From Peribolospora baueri (lineage: Eukaryota), in the NCBI GenBank assembly GCA_029717555.1, contig JAMDHS010000050.1, positions 1 through 64,000 on the forward strand: DNA of 64,000 nt, read 5' to 3'. This document shows positions 34,701 through 48,130 of this stretch, piece by piece. Position 1 is the stretch's first letter. Each line of letters starts with the position of its first letter. The notes under the pieces were generated by a model. That model had not been told where the DNA came from. It saw only the letters and a program-made list of their open reading frames with translations, and did not search any database. Position numbers and translations under genes: made by a program.

Positions 34701-37700
34701 CGTCGCATCGTCGCCAACTCGACTGTCTCAGGTTTCGAGCTGGACGTTGAAGCGAGTATTGTCTCGTACATTTTCAGCCTCACGGACGTCTATCGAAAGG
34801 GCAAGGAGAGGCTCGCTTTGCTGGCCGAACTGGCGGAGCAACCCAACTTGAACATCTCGTCAAGCGGCCCAGCGACGCCAAATGTCTCGGACGAACAAAG
34901 TTCGCCTTCTCCAAAAGAGCAATTCCGACAAGCTCTCAGTCTGCAAGCCGCCTTCCATTTCCGTAGCGGAGCGCTCCGATTCTATCCAAGCGAGGACACC
35001 TTCACGCCGCCATCATCCGTTCCTGCCTCGCCGAAGCAGACTCGAACAGCACACAGAGGTGGTCGTAAAGTCCGGATGGCCGTGGAGCCGGACCACTTCT
35101 TGCTACCGGTGAGAATCGTGGAACATGCGACTCGTTGAGATTTTAATTGCACTCATTTGAACGCGAGCGGCGCGGTCCTTCTCAACAGGAATTATCAGCA
35201 TGGGCCGAGTACCGAGACGCATCGTCATCGCCCTCGTCGCCTACAGAAAAGAGCATTAATCCGACGCTGCTCATAAGCGCGGTGATCCACTCGAGCAACA
35301 ACATTCTTTATCCATCTCTAATATCCTTCGTCCGTGGCGTCGTCCGCGGTGTTGAGGAACGATTGCAGCAACCTTCGACAATGCCTGTGTCCGTGCCACT
35401 CACTCGTCCAGCTCTGGTGGCGTCGCTCTCTAGCCAGGAGGTGGAAGGCGGTGGAATGATGGGCATCACGCCGCCGGCTGCGATCGGGCGATTGCAGATC
35501 AGCTTTAGCTTGCGCATCGACCAGTCAAAGCTGGAGCTGAGTTGCCAACCGACATCGAAAGTCTCTGCGCGGTTGTTCTGGGAATCTGGGGGCTTCATCA
35601 TTACCGTATCGCCCGGTCTTGGAGCTGCCACTTTCGCCGCCAACGTGGGTGGCATCTCGGCCGGGCTCAAGCACGCCTTCTCTCCAGAGGATTGCGTTCT
35701 CGCCGAACTCAAGAACGTCACCGTGGCGGTATCAATAGACAAGATAACGGTGGACAACAAACCGAGCAGCGTGATATCGGCGTCCGTCGACGTTCCCGAC
35801 CTGCGAGGCGAGGTCAACTTCCGTCACCTTCAGGACTGGCTCGTGCTCAAGGCGGTTTGGATCGATCGACTGCCGACATTTGAAGCGGCACAGGCGAACC
35901 AGAGCGCCGGGGCGAACCGGCCGGCGTCTGTGCCGTCGAGCGGGGCGTCGAGTGGTGAGCCTTCGATATCTCATGCTGTCACTCTTAAAATAAGGCAGAC
36001 AGTGTTCGCGGCAGACCTCGGACCGGCGATTGGTCGATTATCGCTCGACCTGAAGCCGATCGAGTTCCGGACGGGGTACACGCCGGAGAAACCGAGGACG
36101 GTGTATGTGAACATTGGCAACCTGCTGGTCACAGCGCAAGGACGGCTGGCGGGAGAGGTGATGCTGGAGGGAACGGTGTTCCAGACGGAGCTGAGGCAAC
36201 ATGGGCGCCTTTCCGAGACGTCGCAGACGAATCTGCTGTCGGTCAAAATCCGCACGGGCCGACTGCGGGCTGCGCTAGAGTATGAGTACCGGCGGTTCTT
36301 GGTGATGGAGGCCGATCCGATCAAGGTGAGAGCCGTAACATCTCCAGAGGCTGCGAATGCGAATGGCCACTGATGCCTTCTTCTGTCGCCTTTTGAAGAT
36401 CGAAGTGGAGGACGACTGGCGGAGCGGGTCTGGTTCGCACGCACAGACACAGCAGGTGAATCTCGGTTTCGGAGTCGATCTGGGTACGATCAGCGTCATT
36501 GCGGCGATCCGAACGGTGCCCACGCTCGTCGCGCTGTCCCATAAGATCTCGGCGCTGATCGAGGAGAAGCAAGAGGCGGCGGACGACGTGACACTCATCC
36601 CGGTCAGCTTTCGCAAGGCGCGGACGGCCAAGCCGAGTTTGGACGAGGTGGCTAGAAAGCTGCAGGGGGACAGCCCGACGACGACGGCGGCGGAGCCGGT
36701 GACATCGGTTGTGCCGATCGGCGTGGTGCACCGGATGCACCTCAAGGGCGAACGGATCCGTCTTGCGTTGTTCTCAAAGTACTTTAGCGATAGCGAGATG
36801 GTGAAGGCGGACACGGGTCTGGTGACGGCGGACCTGGTGAGCAACGCGGAACAGGGATCGGAGAAGGCAGCGGCGGCGATGAGCAAGTCGGTGGCGCACG
36901 CGGAGCAGATCCACCGGGACCTCAAGTTGCACCTCGGCTTTTTCTCGCTGCTGAGGGTGTCGCCGAAGAAGGTGACGCCGAGCGAGGAGAGGGCGTTGGA
37001 CCTGCAGCAGTGGTTCGCGCTGTTCAAGGCGAGTCAGCGGCGAAGCATCTTCCGTGCGCCGACGACGGATCTGAGCATGGAGAGTTGGCAGCCGCGAGGG
37101 GGGAACAGGATGTGAGTGGACGGGGAGTGGGAGTGGTCGGATCGAATCGCGGTCGGTTGACTTTGGTCGGTTTTTTTTTGTTTTGCCAGTTCGCACCGCT
37201 TCTTCATGACGTTCACGGGCCAAGTGGACATTGCGCTAAACTACGCCTTGCTCAAGCACCTCTCCGACCTGGCTACATCGTACCAGGAGCAGATGAGACA
37301 GGTGGATCAGCCTGAACCGGCTCGAACGGCGTTCTCGCCCGGGCAGCAGCCGCCGCCTTCTTCGGCGTTGCAGGAGCATCGAGGGAGCGCGTCTCCACCG
37401 CGGCCGGCGTCTGCGTCGTCGTCGGACGAGCAGGTGGAGCAAGAGCAGGTGTACGGAGAGGGGCGGGTGCCGAGCCCTCCTCCGCGGACGAAGAGCCCGG
37501 CGATCGGGGGGATGGACGCGCACGTGGTGGAGGCAAAGGACGTGTACACGTCCATCTCTGCTGCACCGCTCTCTTCGCTGTCCGGTCTTTCTCGGCGGCG
37601 GTCGGGTTCGGGTGAGAAGGTGAAGAGGGGACCAGAGGTGGAGAACGAGGAAGGGACAAAGGTGAGGGCGACGACGGCGGGGGGACGAGAGGTTCTCGAG

Positions 37701-37895
37701 TTCCATGCGGTGGAGATGGTGGTGCATACGCCCAAGCTTTCGTTCATGGGCGATGCGACGCCTCCGCTGGAGTGGGTGGGCGTCCAGAGGGCCAAGTTCC
37801 CGGCGTGGGTGCACGCGGGGGTGGTGCTGACGCTGGAGGAGCTGATTGGGACGCTGGGGAGGGTGTATCGGAAGCAGTTGAAGCAGCTGCGATGA
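25720..37895 (+). CDS. CSF1: Csf1 / BLTP1 (KIAA1109/Tweek) bridge-like lipid transfer protein, ~12 kb multi-exon gene
   Basis: N-terminal TM ..FFLFYLNRLVA, SIQISPLGGRILFK..GHITWRYW, EYAKVSTMLD, PEWGID..YGPWADRQR..FFPP, LRLPTREASKDW, LLRDHITLFIDLAKDWSSGP and a C-terminal PKLSFMGDATPPLEWVG..FPAWVH. Confidence 0.9.
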
Positions 37896-38740
37896 CGGCG
37901 GCCGTTGTGTTGTGGGTGGTTGTCTGGCCGGCTGCGTTTGTTTTGTCTTTTCTTTCACTTTGGTCTCCTTGGCTAGCACGTTGTCATACCCTCCTTCGTT
38001 TTTTTGATTCCATTCATCGACCGTCACAGACGGTCGTCTCGCCTCGTCTCTCCCTGACGGCGGCACGTCTTCGTCTTCGTCTTGCATGTGCGTCGACAGC
38101 GGGTCATCCCTCTCGCTTGGGTTTCATAGCCGCCACCGTGTGTCTGCGTGTGTCTGCTTCTCCCTTCGCACACACATCCCTTACGAAGGCTGTGATGAGC
38201 GGTGACCCGGCTGCGCTGCGCTGCGCTGCATCCGGCCCGGGCTGTGCCGTGCCTTGCGGGCCGGTCGGTGATTGCGTCGGAGGATCGCGCGAGGGAGAGT
38301 TGGATTATGTAATCAGTATATCCCGACCACCACCACAACGGCGGCCGTGATCGGGCTTGCTTTGCCTTTCTTTGCCTTGCATCGCCCTGCGAGCAAGTTA
38401 CGTTCGTCGTTCGTCGTTCGTCGCTCGCCTCGCCATTCGTCGTTCGTTCGTCCGCTGCACCATCCTCGCCTCAATCGCCTGCCTGTCCACGTCGAGGCGA
38501 GCGCAGACGACTCCAACTCAACGTCCGTCTTTTTTCGTGTCTGACTGCACACGACTGACCCGCACCGCACTCGCATCGTCATCTCATCTTTTCGTCTTTT
38601 CGTCTTCTCGTCTCGTCTGCTCGCCTCTCACGACACCTCTTCAACGCATCAACGCATCGCCCAACTCCTCTCCATGGACTCGCCCCCAGCCAGCCCGTGA
38701 CCTCTCCCTCCACTCGCTCTCACCTTCGCCTCCGCCCCCG

Positions 38741-41669
38741 ATGGCCCCTTCGGCCCGCGACCGCCGCCTCGCCCTCGCCCTCGCCCTCGCCCTTCTGGCC
38801 CTCCTCGCCCCCACCACCTCCGCCTCGCCGCTCCAACGCCTCCAATCGTCGCCGCCCCGACATGTCCGCAGACAGAACGGCATTGACGCCGACACGCGCA
38901 TCGCCATCATCATCCCCGCCGTCGTCGTTCCCGTCGTCGTCATCTTCATCGCCGCCCTCGTCTACTACTTTAACCACCGCAGACGTCGCCCCAATCACCG
39001 CGCCGCTTCTGCCTCCCGTCTCGCCCCCGGCACGCCTGGCGGCCCAGCCGCCGGCGCTCGTCACGGCCCCGGTCATGGGCGAGCCCAGGCGAGCCAGGCG
39101 CAGGACGGCGGAGGCCAACTCTGGGACATGCTCGCCGGCGCGGGCCACCGTCTCTTCGGGACCGGCCGCCGCCGAGCGGGCGCCCTCGCCGGTCGTCAAG
39201 TCACAGCGTCCGAACTTGCCGGCTTGACGGACACGACCACGCCCGGGACGGCGGCCGCCGACAATAACGGCACCTCCAACGCCGGCGGAAGGGGAGCAGC
39301 CAACAGCCAAGGCACGGGCGAGCACGGGAGGAGGAGTGGGAGGAACAGGCGGAGAGGCAGCATGGCGAGCATCAAGACGCTGCCGATGTACACCGAGGAA
39401 GTGGCCGACGAAGAGATGGTCTTGGTCAAGTGAGTGTCCGAGGGAGCGTGCGAGGGAGAAGCCCATACGGCAAAACGAGCGGGTGGCTTCTCATCCTTTC
39501 CCCTTTTCCTTCCCTCTCCTTCTCCCACACAGGTCTCACGATCCCAACAGCTTCAGTAACGACGGCTCGGGCCCTTCCTCCATAGAGTCCGCTGCTTCCC
39601 TCGCCAACCGCGCCTCGGCGTCCCTCGAAGGCGTGCCCATGCTAGGTCGCGCCGCCGCCGCCCTCGCCCGCGCCGCTTCTTCGGCGGGCAGTGCCGAGTC
39701 GGACGCCCACATCTCCTCCTCCGACGCAGGCGGACCGTCGAGCAGGAGGAACAGCAGCCGCCGCGCGTCTCGACGGACGAGCGCTCGCCTATCTGGTCTC
39801 TTCTCCGCCGCCGACGCCGGCTCATCATCCCTCGACGACGCGCCGGAGGAGAGCACCCACGACCTCCTCTCGGCCGCCCAAGCGGTGCGCGAGGAGAGCG
39901 AGAGTTCGACCGCCATCTCTGATGAGCAGAACGACACCAGAACGCGCACCTCGTCTTTTTCTTTTTCTTCTCCTTCTTCCTCCCTTCGAAGATCGGTGGG
40001 CACGGGGGGCGGGGGGGAAGGCGGCGTCAGGGCCGCCCCCACCGGCGCCGGCGATTACGAAATGATCGAGAGGCCTTCACTCTGTGGTGGTGACCGTACC
40101 ATCGACGGCGCCGCTGGACCGGCGGCAGGGGTAGGCTTGGAGATGGACGCCAGGGCAGGCTCGGAGATGGGCGCCAGGGCAGGGTTCGCGGACGTCAGCG
40201 CCGTCGGAGTCGCGCCGGCGCCGGTCGTCGAGCAAGGCCGACGGGACGTCCCCACCGAGCCAGCGCCGTCGTATGACGTCGCTGTCTCCACTCCCACTCC
40301 CTCCGACGACTTGCCCGCCGCCGCCGCCGCCACCGGCTCCACCCTACCCACACGGGCCAACCGACGCACGGGTACCTTCCGCTCCCTCTACTCTACCCTC
40401 CCACGGCTGTCCTCCAGGCTTGGTATGGTCGCCGCCCATCCTCAACCGGCCCCGTCGACCGTCGACGAGGATGAACCGTCAAACGGCGGTGCCGCTGCTT
40501 CCTCTCCACCGCCCGCTGCCACCACCTCCGCTACCCTCACGCATTCTCGCACCCGCTCGGGAGGGAGCATCTTCACTCGTGCCTCTCAACGGACCGCCGG
40601 TTCGCTCCGCTCTTCTAGCAGCAACAGCCACGGCCCCAGCAATGGCAACGGCAACGGCGGCGACGCCGGCACGGGCACAGGCACAGGCACGGGCACGGGT
40701 CCCCGTGCAGGGTCGCCGTTATTCACGCGCACGCGCACGCGCTCCAGCTCGCTCGCTTCGTCCGTCTTCCACGGCGGCTCCGTCCTCGGCCCATCCTCCT
40801 CCAACGCCTCCCTATCCTCCTTCCGCGGCCCCATATCCTCGCCCCTCCAACACACCCTCGTCCAAAGCAACTACGTCTACCCGCGCAAAGGCCCTACCCC
40901 TGAACAAATGTCCTTCCTTAGCTCTGTCGAGAGCTTGGGAAGGTTTGGCGTGCCTGTTGGCGGGAGCGGCTCGAGGATCAGTTTGGTGGGCGGAGACGAA
41001 AGCGGCGGCGGCAGCGGCGGTGGCAGCTTGAGGGGGAGGACGAGCACAGACGTGAGCGTGAGGAGGGCAACCGCGTCGCCGTCGGGCGCGCTTCTGTCGC
41101 CCAGGACGACGACGCACAGCAACAACGGACCGAGGAGACCCGACACCGCCGGTTCGGCTTCGGGTTCGGGTTCGGCAGAGGGTGCGATGACGGGATTAGG
41201 ACGGACGAGCTCGCAGTTTGGCTCATCTTTCTCCCTCGGGCATCACGAGGATGGTGAAGACGCGGACGGCGACGGCGGTGACGGACGGGAGGAGGACCTC
41301 GTCGCTCTCCCGCCTTCTTTCGAACAGCTGGAGGAAGAGGAAAGGAGGGGGTGGGGTCCGCGGAGGACGCACGCGCCGTTGCTGTTGCCCGGTGAGAGGG
41401 ACAGGACGCCGGTGGCCGAGGAGGACGACGACGATGTCGCGGCGACGACAGCGATGCTGGGAGGGCGGGAGCGCGTCGATCCCGCCCGTCCCGAGGAGGA
41501 GGCTGGCGAGCGCTCCCGGTCACCGGGCGACGACGACGACGACGGCCGCTCTTCCCGAGATGATCAGCGTGCAGCAGCGCCGGCCGCGACGGCGACGGCG
41601 ACGGTGGTTGTCGAGCCTCCGACGCCAGTTCAGCCTTCGTCTTCGTCTTTCCCACCTCCGCTCGCGTAA
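38741..41669 (+). CDS. Single-pass type I membrane protein with a long disordered cytoplasmic tail (2 exons)
   Basis: Signal peptide (LALALALALLALLA), TM IAIIIPAVVVPVVVIFIAALVYYF followed by a basic stop-transfer, and intron ~39430-39532 joining to the large ORF ending at 41669. Confidence 0.75.
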
Positions 41670-42354
41670 CACCTCTCCATTCGATTCGCTTCACCCATCA
41701 CATCGACCTCTTTCGCCTCGTCTCGTTTCCGCCTCTTCTCTTCGCATTGGACTACGGTCACTGTCTCGCCTCTCCCGTCTTCGGAATTTGCCCTTTGTTT
41801 TGTTCGTGCTGGCCGCACTCCCCAGGTGAACCTCTCCCTTCATCCGTTCAAGCGGCTCCGTTGAAACGGCCTTTTTTTTTTCTTCTTTCTCCATTGGGGA
41901 AGCCAGCCCTTGTTCGTTTTCTCCGTCCTCGTTGACGTCCTCTTCGTCTCCTCCCATCCCTATCTCCCTTTCTCATGTCTATCACGCCCCGCCACGTCTC
42001 ATCCCACCCATCCCGTCCGCCCACGCACGCACGCGTACGCTTGGAACGCCGTCCGTCCCTCCCATCCTCGTCTTCACCCCGTCTTTGTTTCGCCACTGTT
42101 GTGTTCGTATCGATCGTCGCCGCCTCTGTTCTGTAAAATCGAGTGAGCATCCCCTTACCCTTCGCGTCTTGCGGATAGACGGGAGCAGGAAGGAAGAATG
42201 AATGGACGGATGATTGGACATCGTCGTCAGTCGGCAACCTCTTCCTCGAATAGAACCCCCCCCCCCGACGAGAAAAGACGGGTTGTGCTTGCGAGAGACT
42301 ATGCGCGGAGAAGAAGACGTATACGCATACACATGTCGGACGGACGGACGGCGT

Positions 42355-42470
42355 CGCGTCGCGTCGCGTCGCGTTGCGTTGCGTTGCGTTGCGTCACGGC
42401 GCCTCGATCGATCTTGAGCGAGGCGGCGGCGGTCAGACGAGACGAGACAAGACAAGACAAGACGAGACGG
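42355..42470. repeat. Pentamer microsatellites (CGCGT/TGCGT)n and (GAGAC/AAGAC)n
   Basis: Visible short tandem arrays in the intergenic region. Confidence 0.75.
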
Positions 42471-42799
42471 CCACGAAAGCGGGTTTCATATTTTCGGGGG
42501 CCACCGCCGGGAGGGGGTCGACGACAACGACGTGTCTCAATCCTCTTTTTCCTTTCCTTTCGCTAGCTCGCTCGCTCGCGTTTCCAGGGCCCAGACAGAC
42601 GGTCCGCCCTCTTCGTCTTCATCTTCATCTTTCCCCCCATACACAGTCAGTCGCGCAATATGGCATGGTGCACCACCGCTCGTTCGCCCTCCTCGTTCGC
42701 TCCCCTTCTCTTTCGCTCTTCTCATCCGTTCAGCATCGCAAACATCGCTTCGGCTCCCCTCCACGCCCTTTACCCCCCCTAAAAAATGACGTTCTCAGC

Positions 42800-44156
42800 A
42801 TGGGGCCTGCGCCCGCGCGTGCGCTTCCTGGTGAGCTCTCCCTAGTGCTGTCTTTTCACCACCGTTCGTATCGACGGAGAGAACCGAAAGGCGCGTCTTG
42901 ATTCCCTTACCCATATCTCGTACCTGCTCTCCTCGTCCCCCCCCCCCCCCCCCCCCCCCCAACACAACCCCCGCGCGCGCGCGCGTGTGTGTGTGTGACG
43001 ACAACAGGTCGTCACGACCCTTGACAACCTTGCTATATCCCTTTCCCCTCCCATCCACTTGAATCCTTTAGGCTTCGATCTGCATCTGTTGAAGGGTGCC
43101 CCATATTCGGCAGCACGAAGCGACCCCGGACACCGGTGTTGTGAGAGCTGTGCTCGCCACCAGGATGGACCTCTCATCCGATCGTCAACAGACGAGGCGG
43201 GGAAGGAGACATCGGGTACGGAAGCCGGGCTTGAGGTGGCGAGGACGCGACGTTCCGCCTCCGTCTTGGAACCGGAGCCATCGTCGATGGTGCAAGCCAG
43301 CGACGGCAAACCGTTCGCTCCTGGCGCTCGTTCGCTGGGGCTTTCCACCTTGCTGGCTACAGCCAAAATCGCCCGCTCCTCCTTGCCCTCCTTTCCCCTG
43401 TTTTGTTCGCCTTCTATCGGCGTACCTACGACCGCCGCTGCCATCAGCTCCTTCATCACCTTCTTCGCCCAACCCGTCTTGTCCATTCGCTCGCATGTCT
43501 CATCCCTCCTTCCATCCCTTCACACCCTCACTCTCACCAAGCACCTTCTCCGCTGTGTGGCATCTGTGACCTATGCCTGCCTCACCTTCCTCGCTGCCTT
43601 TCTCCTCAGCAAACGGACCCTACAGGCCGTCTGGGCGCTGCCCAGCACCGTAATGGCCGGCATCCGAAGAGCAGCGTCCCTTAGGTCGCTTTGCCTGTTA
43701 CCATCCATCATCTTGGTCAGCTACGGGCTGCTTGCGTCCACCTCCCTCGTCTCCAGAACCGTCCTTGCCCTCCTCTTCATCTTTTTTCGCCTCTCTCTCT
43801 TTTCCATCCACCTCTTCTTCCTTCGACCCAACAGCGACGCTAGCGCCTACCACGCCACGCTGACCATTCTCCTCGCTCTCCTTCGCATTATCGCTCGCCT
43901 ACAACTCTCCATTCTCTTACCCACTCTCCGCATGGCCGTCCTCCTTCTCCAGTCGTTCGTTCGGTTTTGCAGTGGCGGCGGCTGCTGGTGGTATGACGAG
44001 AAGGGACGCAAGCAGCCGGGACAACCGTCTCTGTCTGATCGCCTTCTCGTGTGGTCGTTGCGGCTCGTCGAGAGCCTCAGCGCGGGCTTGCTCGCCCTCA
44101 TCCACTTGACTGAGCGGGCGCTTGTGGAGACGAAGGTCTCCCAGTTTTCCTTCTAG
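42800..44156 (+). CDS. Hypothetical multi-pass membrane protein
   Basis: 365-codon ORF 43059..44156 with several Leu-rich hydrophobic segments. A short first exon (ATG 42800, or in-frame ATG 42666) splices in frame through GTGAGC(42831)..TAG(~43071). Confidence 0.45.
42937..42997. repeat. C24 homopolymer next to a (CG)n(TG)n alternating tract
   Basis: 24 C at 42937-42960, then alternating purine-pyrimidine at 42972-42997. Confidence 0.9.
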
Positions 44157-44512
44157 GCCAGCCGGTCCACTCACGCAGAGTAGCGAAGGGGAGGCGATAG
44201 AGCTTGATACGTACGGTTGTCCCATCATTTCGCTCATCACGCACTTTCTAGACGTAGGCCCAGAGACGTGTAGATTCGGTCCTTGCCGGGGCCCCGGTTT
44301 CCGTGTATTGGGGTCTGCATGTGACAAGCACCATCTTGGGAGATGAAGGGAGTGAAACCGGGCGGTGTCATGGCCTCCACCGGAGATTAGGACGGCTAGG
44401 CTCCATCGATCAAAGCCTGCGGCAACTCCCACGTGGTCGTCCACCGCCGCGTCCAGACGCCAATCTATCTATCCTTCGCCTTCTCTCCCTTCCAACGCAA
44501 AAGGCCAGCAAG

Positions 44513-45161
44513 ATGAAGATGAAAATTAAGCATTGGCACGCCGTCGCACACTGGCGTGAGTGCATCAACGTCCTCTACCCGTGTCACAATGGCACCAGCG
44601 CGTCCTCCTCTGCGCCGTCTCTTCCGAGCTGACTTGGCCCCCGCGGCGATCCCGTCTTTCTCCCCATCTCCTTGTCTTGCCGTCGACAGAGTGGGACGTG
44701 AAGGACCAGGACGACGTGTGCGGAATTTGCCGCAATCCCTTTGACGGCTGCTGTCCCGAGTGCACTTTTCCCGGCGATGATTGCCCTCTAAGTGAGTTGT
44801 CGGCAGACGGTCTACCGGTGGCCCGCCGGTCCAGGTTACATTACGGTCGCCGATGCGATGCGTCCGCTGATTCGCATCTCCGCGCAACGCTATTCTGTTT
44901 ATTTCATCCATTGCTCCACCGCCACCGCCGCCTGGACAAAAATAAGCTTGGGGCGAGTGCACGCACGTCTTCCACATGCACTGTCTCACAAAGTGGATCT
45001 CCCAGGAGAGCTCGGCAGGACAGTGTCCGATGGACAGGCAGCCTTGGCGGTTTTCCACCGCCACCGCCTCGGCCGCCGCCGTGGCCGAGGAAGGGAATCG
45101 CGGGGAGGACGGTCGGGAAGGCATGGGTAGGATAGATGGCAGCGGCGAGCGGGGCAGATGA
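44513..45161 (+). CDS. APC11: Anaphase-promoting complex subunit 11 (RING-H2), 3 exons
   Basis: MKMKIKHWHAVAHWQWD..DDVCGICRNPFDGCCPECTFPGDDCPL / WGECTHVFHMHCLTKWI..CPMDRQPW. Confidence 0.93.
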
Positions 45162-45588
45162 AGGGTGCGGACATTCGAGATCGTTGGGGCTCGCGATAGA
45201 CCGCGGACACTCCCGCCTCTTAGGGTCTCTTCGCGATTATCCGCTTTCTTTTCCTCTCCTTCTGGTGTCCGTCACACAACACGATATCCCAGTCGTTGGC
45301 AAGGCGGTCCGGACCGGGGCGAGCGCGCCCGTGGCGTCTCTTTTCCGCCTCCGAAACGAGATGAGACGACCGGGACCGGGATCGGGACGTCGTCCGTCTC
45401 GGCCACTCCGAGGCTTACACCACGCCACGCCCCTCCGCTTCCACGCCAACGCCACCGGCACCGGCGTCGGCATCGGCATCGGCGTCGCACAACCGTCCTT
45501 CCTCCCCCCTCCCTTCTCTCGGTTCGTCCTTTCCGCATCCCCGTCGCGTCCCGCCACGCTACGCACGACCGACGGACGGACCGACGGG

Positions 45589-45625
45589 CAGACAGACAGA
45601 CAGACAGACAGATGGATAGACAGAC
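45589..45625. repeat. (CAGA)n microsatellite
   Basis: About 6 perfect CAGA units plus degenerate copies. Confidence 0.85.
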
Positions 45626-46108
45626 GAGACATGACGCCAAAATGCCATTCTTTTCTTGCCACGCTCGTCCGATTCCGTCCTGTCGCCGTTCGTACGTGCG
45701 TGCGTGCCTTGTCTGTCGCGTCATGTCATGGTATAGATTCACAACCGTCATGTCCTGTCACGCCAGGCATGGTCTGTGTTCCGAGTCTCTACGTTTCCAC
45801 TTTCCGCATCTGGACGAAGAGGCTCGGCTGGAGAGGCTGGCAAGGCTGGAGATACGTGCGCGATGCAAAAAAAGTCGGACGCAGGAACGCAAGGAAAGGA
45901 AACGGGACGGTCGGGGGAAATAGCGCGCACGCAGACCCGTAGCGAAAAAATTATCAACGAGACCAAGAGAAGAGGGAAGGGGGAGCAAGTGTGAATCCGG
46001 AAAGGGGAGAGACTGTTCTGGAATGGGACGCGTGTCGGGCGTCGGGTCCAAGAGGCGAAAGGGACGGGGGGATCGAATCAGGGCCGAGTGGAGCGAGAGA
46101 CCGCCCGG

Positions 46109-47243
46109 TCAGATGCTGAGAAACGCGACGAGGAAGAGCGCGACGGCCGTCGCGCCGGCCGCTGTTCGCATTACAGAGGCGGTGGAGGGGGCACCATTTG
46201 ACTTTGTAGCCGACTGGCTGCCGGACGCGTCGGCGCCCGTGTTCGCGCCGGTCCCGTTCTTCTGATTCTTCGGCGTAGGGCGTGGATCAAAGGCGCCAGG
46301 GCTGGTGGGCGCGGTGGGCGTCGGGACGTCGGTGATTTGCTTGGCGCCCCAAGCACTGGAGGTGGAAGTGGGCGCGCCGTTGATGGTGATGGTGGAAAAG
46401 GAGACGGAGCTGGAGGGGAAGCTGCCAGCGAGGGCGGAGAGACCTTGGGTCGAGTTGGAGGAGGGGGGGAGGATGAGGACGGTGTCCGTGTAGCTGGCGA
46501 GGGAGGTGTCCTTGAGCGAGTGGGCGGAGACGGAGTCTGGGCGGTGGTGAGCGAAGCGGATGCGAGGAAAAGGGGTGAGCGAAGAGGACAGACCGTTGAG
46601 CTTGAGGACGCCAACGCGAGCCAGGCACGGTAACGACGGCGGCGACACTCACAGTTGCCGATCGCCCAATCGCTCGGCACGACAAACTCGAAGCGGCCAC
46701 ACGTCACGCCGTCGACGGCGACGCCGAGGCCGGCGCCCGCGTCGCAGTAGCCGGCCTGGCTGATGCCGGGGACGGTGGAGATGTTGTAGGCGGTCGCGTT
46801 GGGCGGGTTGTAGACGAGGGAAAGCTGGACGTCGCCGTTGGGAGCGTTGAGCCAGTTCTGGGAAGAGGAGACAGAAGACATGAGCGCCCGGTCATCCATT
46901 GTCCACCAGCGCGATGCTCACGATGGCGACGTGATCGCCGGCATGCCACAGCACCGCACACTGGTACGAGTTGCACGCCGGCTCGTTGAGGCTGCGGGGT
47001 GCGTTGCGTCGCGTGAAGCGAGAAAGGAGAAAAGAGAATGAACGGCAACCAATGGTCAGGACGGTTGGTCGTTTCTTCCTCCAAGCATATCCTCCGCTCC
47101 ATCGTCCCGCCCATCCATCGCATCGCGTTCACTCACAACAGAGGCGTCCCGGCAGCCTGCTGTTGAGCGTTGATGGCGGTGGCCGTCAGCGCGACGAGGG
47201 CTGCGCCAACGGAGGCGACGGCTGTCCACGTCGGGAAGAGCAT
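46109..47243 (-). CDS. Putative GPI-anchored Ser/Thr-rich cell-surface protein (4 exons)
   Basis: Signal peptide MLFPTWTAVASVGAALVALTATA, a Cys-containing beta-rich domain (LNEPACNSYQC..NWLNAP..CGRFEFVVP), an S/T-rich stalk and a hydrophobic C-terminus AVALFLVAFLSI*. Confidence 0.8.
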
Positions 47244-48130
47244 GGCGGTGAGTTGGGGGTGGGGCTTCGATGGCGGGTTCAAGTCGATCCTAAAGGGAGC
47301 GTCGGCGGAAAGAGGGGGCGAGGATGAGCCACGGGGGGAGCGAAGGAGCGTGTGGGACAAAAAGAGTGTGAGATGAGACGAGGTGGGGCTAGGAGGATTA
47401 AAGGAGGGATGATAGAGTAGAGGACGTCGGATGAGATGAGATGATATAATGGGGGACGATGGTTGGTGTGAGAGAAGAGAGGCGAGCGCGCGCCAGCCAA
47501 AGCCAGAGCCAAGAGCCAGAGCGAGCGCCGAGAGCGGAGTCGGCCGATGATCGTCGTTGATCCGCCGCCGTGCGTGCCGAAAGGAGAAAAAGTGGCGCGG
47601 GGAGAACGCAGCACGTGACTTTTGGTAGTGACGCTGCGCTGTGAATACGTATGTACGCACTTTACGGACCTTCTCCTCCTTACAGCCATCAGTGATCAAT
47701 TAAAGGCCGGCAGGCAGGCAGGCGGGCAGGCGGGTGGGCAGGCGCGAAGGCAGGCTGTACAAAGAAGGCGATCAAGGTCGCCGCAGACGAGTTCAGTCGG
47801 TAAGGCAGCGGAGAACGAGAGAGCGGCCATCGAGGTATCGCCTCTCTCTACAATGACTTTTGGCCATCCATCTCGTCGACACCGGACGAGACAGGGCAAG
47901 GGCGTGTGTGGATGTCCCATACATGTGGCAGCGAGGACAAAATACGGGGGTGGTGGGTGGCATGGATCGGAGGAACATGGGGGGTGATCGTGCATGCGTC
48001 GGAGGGGAGGAAAGGGGAGGAAGCTAGACTACACGCTGACCTCGGGGCAAGGAACGAGGACAGCAGGACGGACACCTCGCGGCGTCGTTGTGAACCCCAC
48101 GGCGGACCGGCGAACTGACATTCCAGCGAC

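Noticed and set aside
36275..38087. Long minus-strand ORFs opposite the CSF1 3' end
   Set aside because: Shadow frames caused by strong codon bias, with no recognisable domains.
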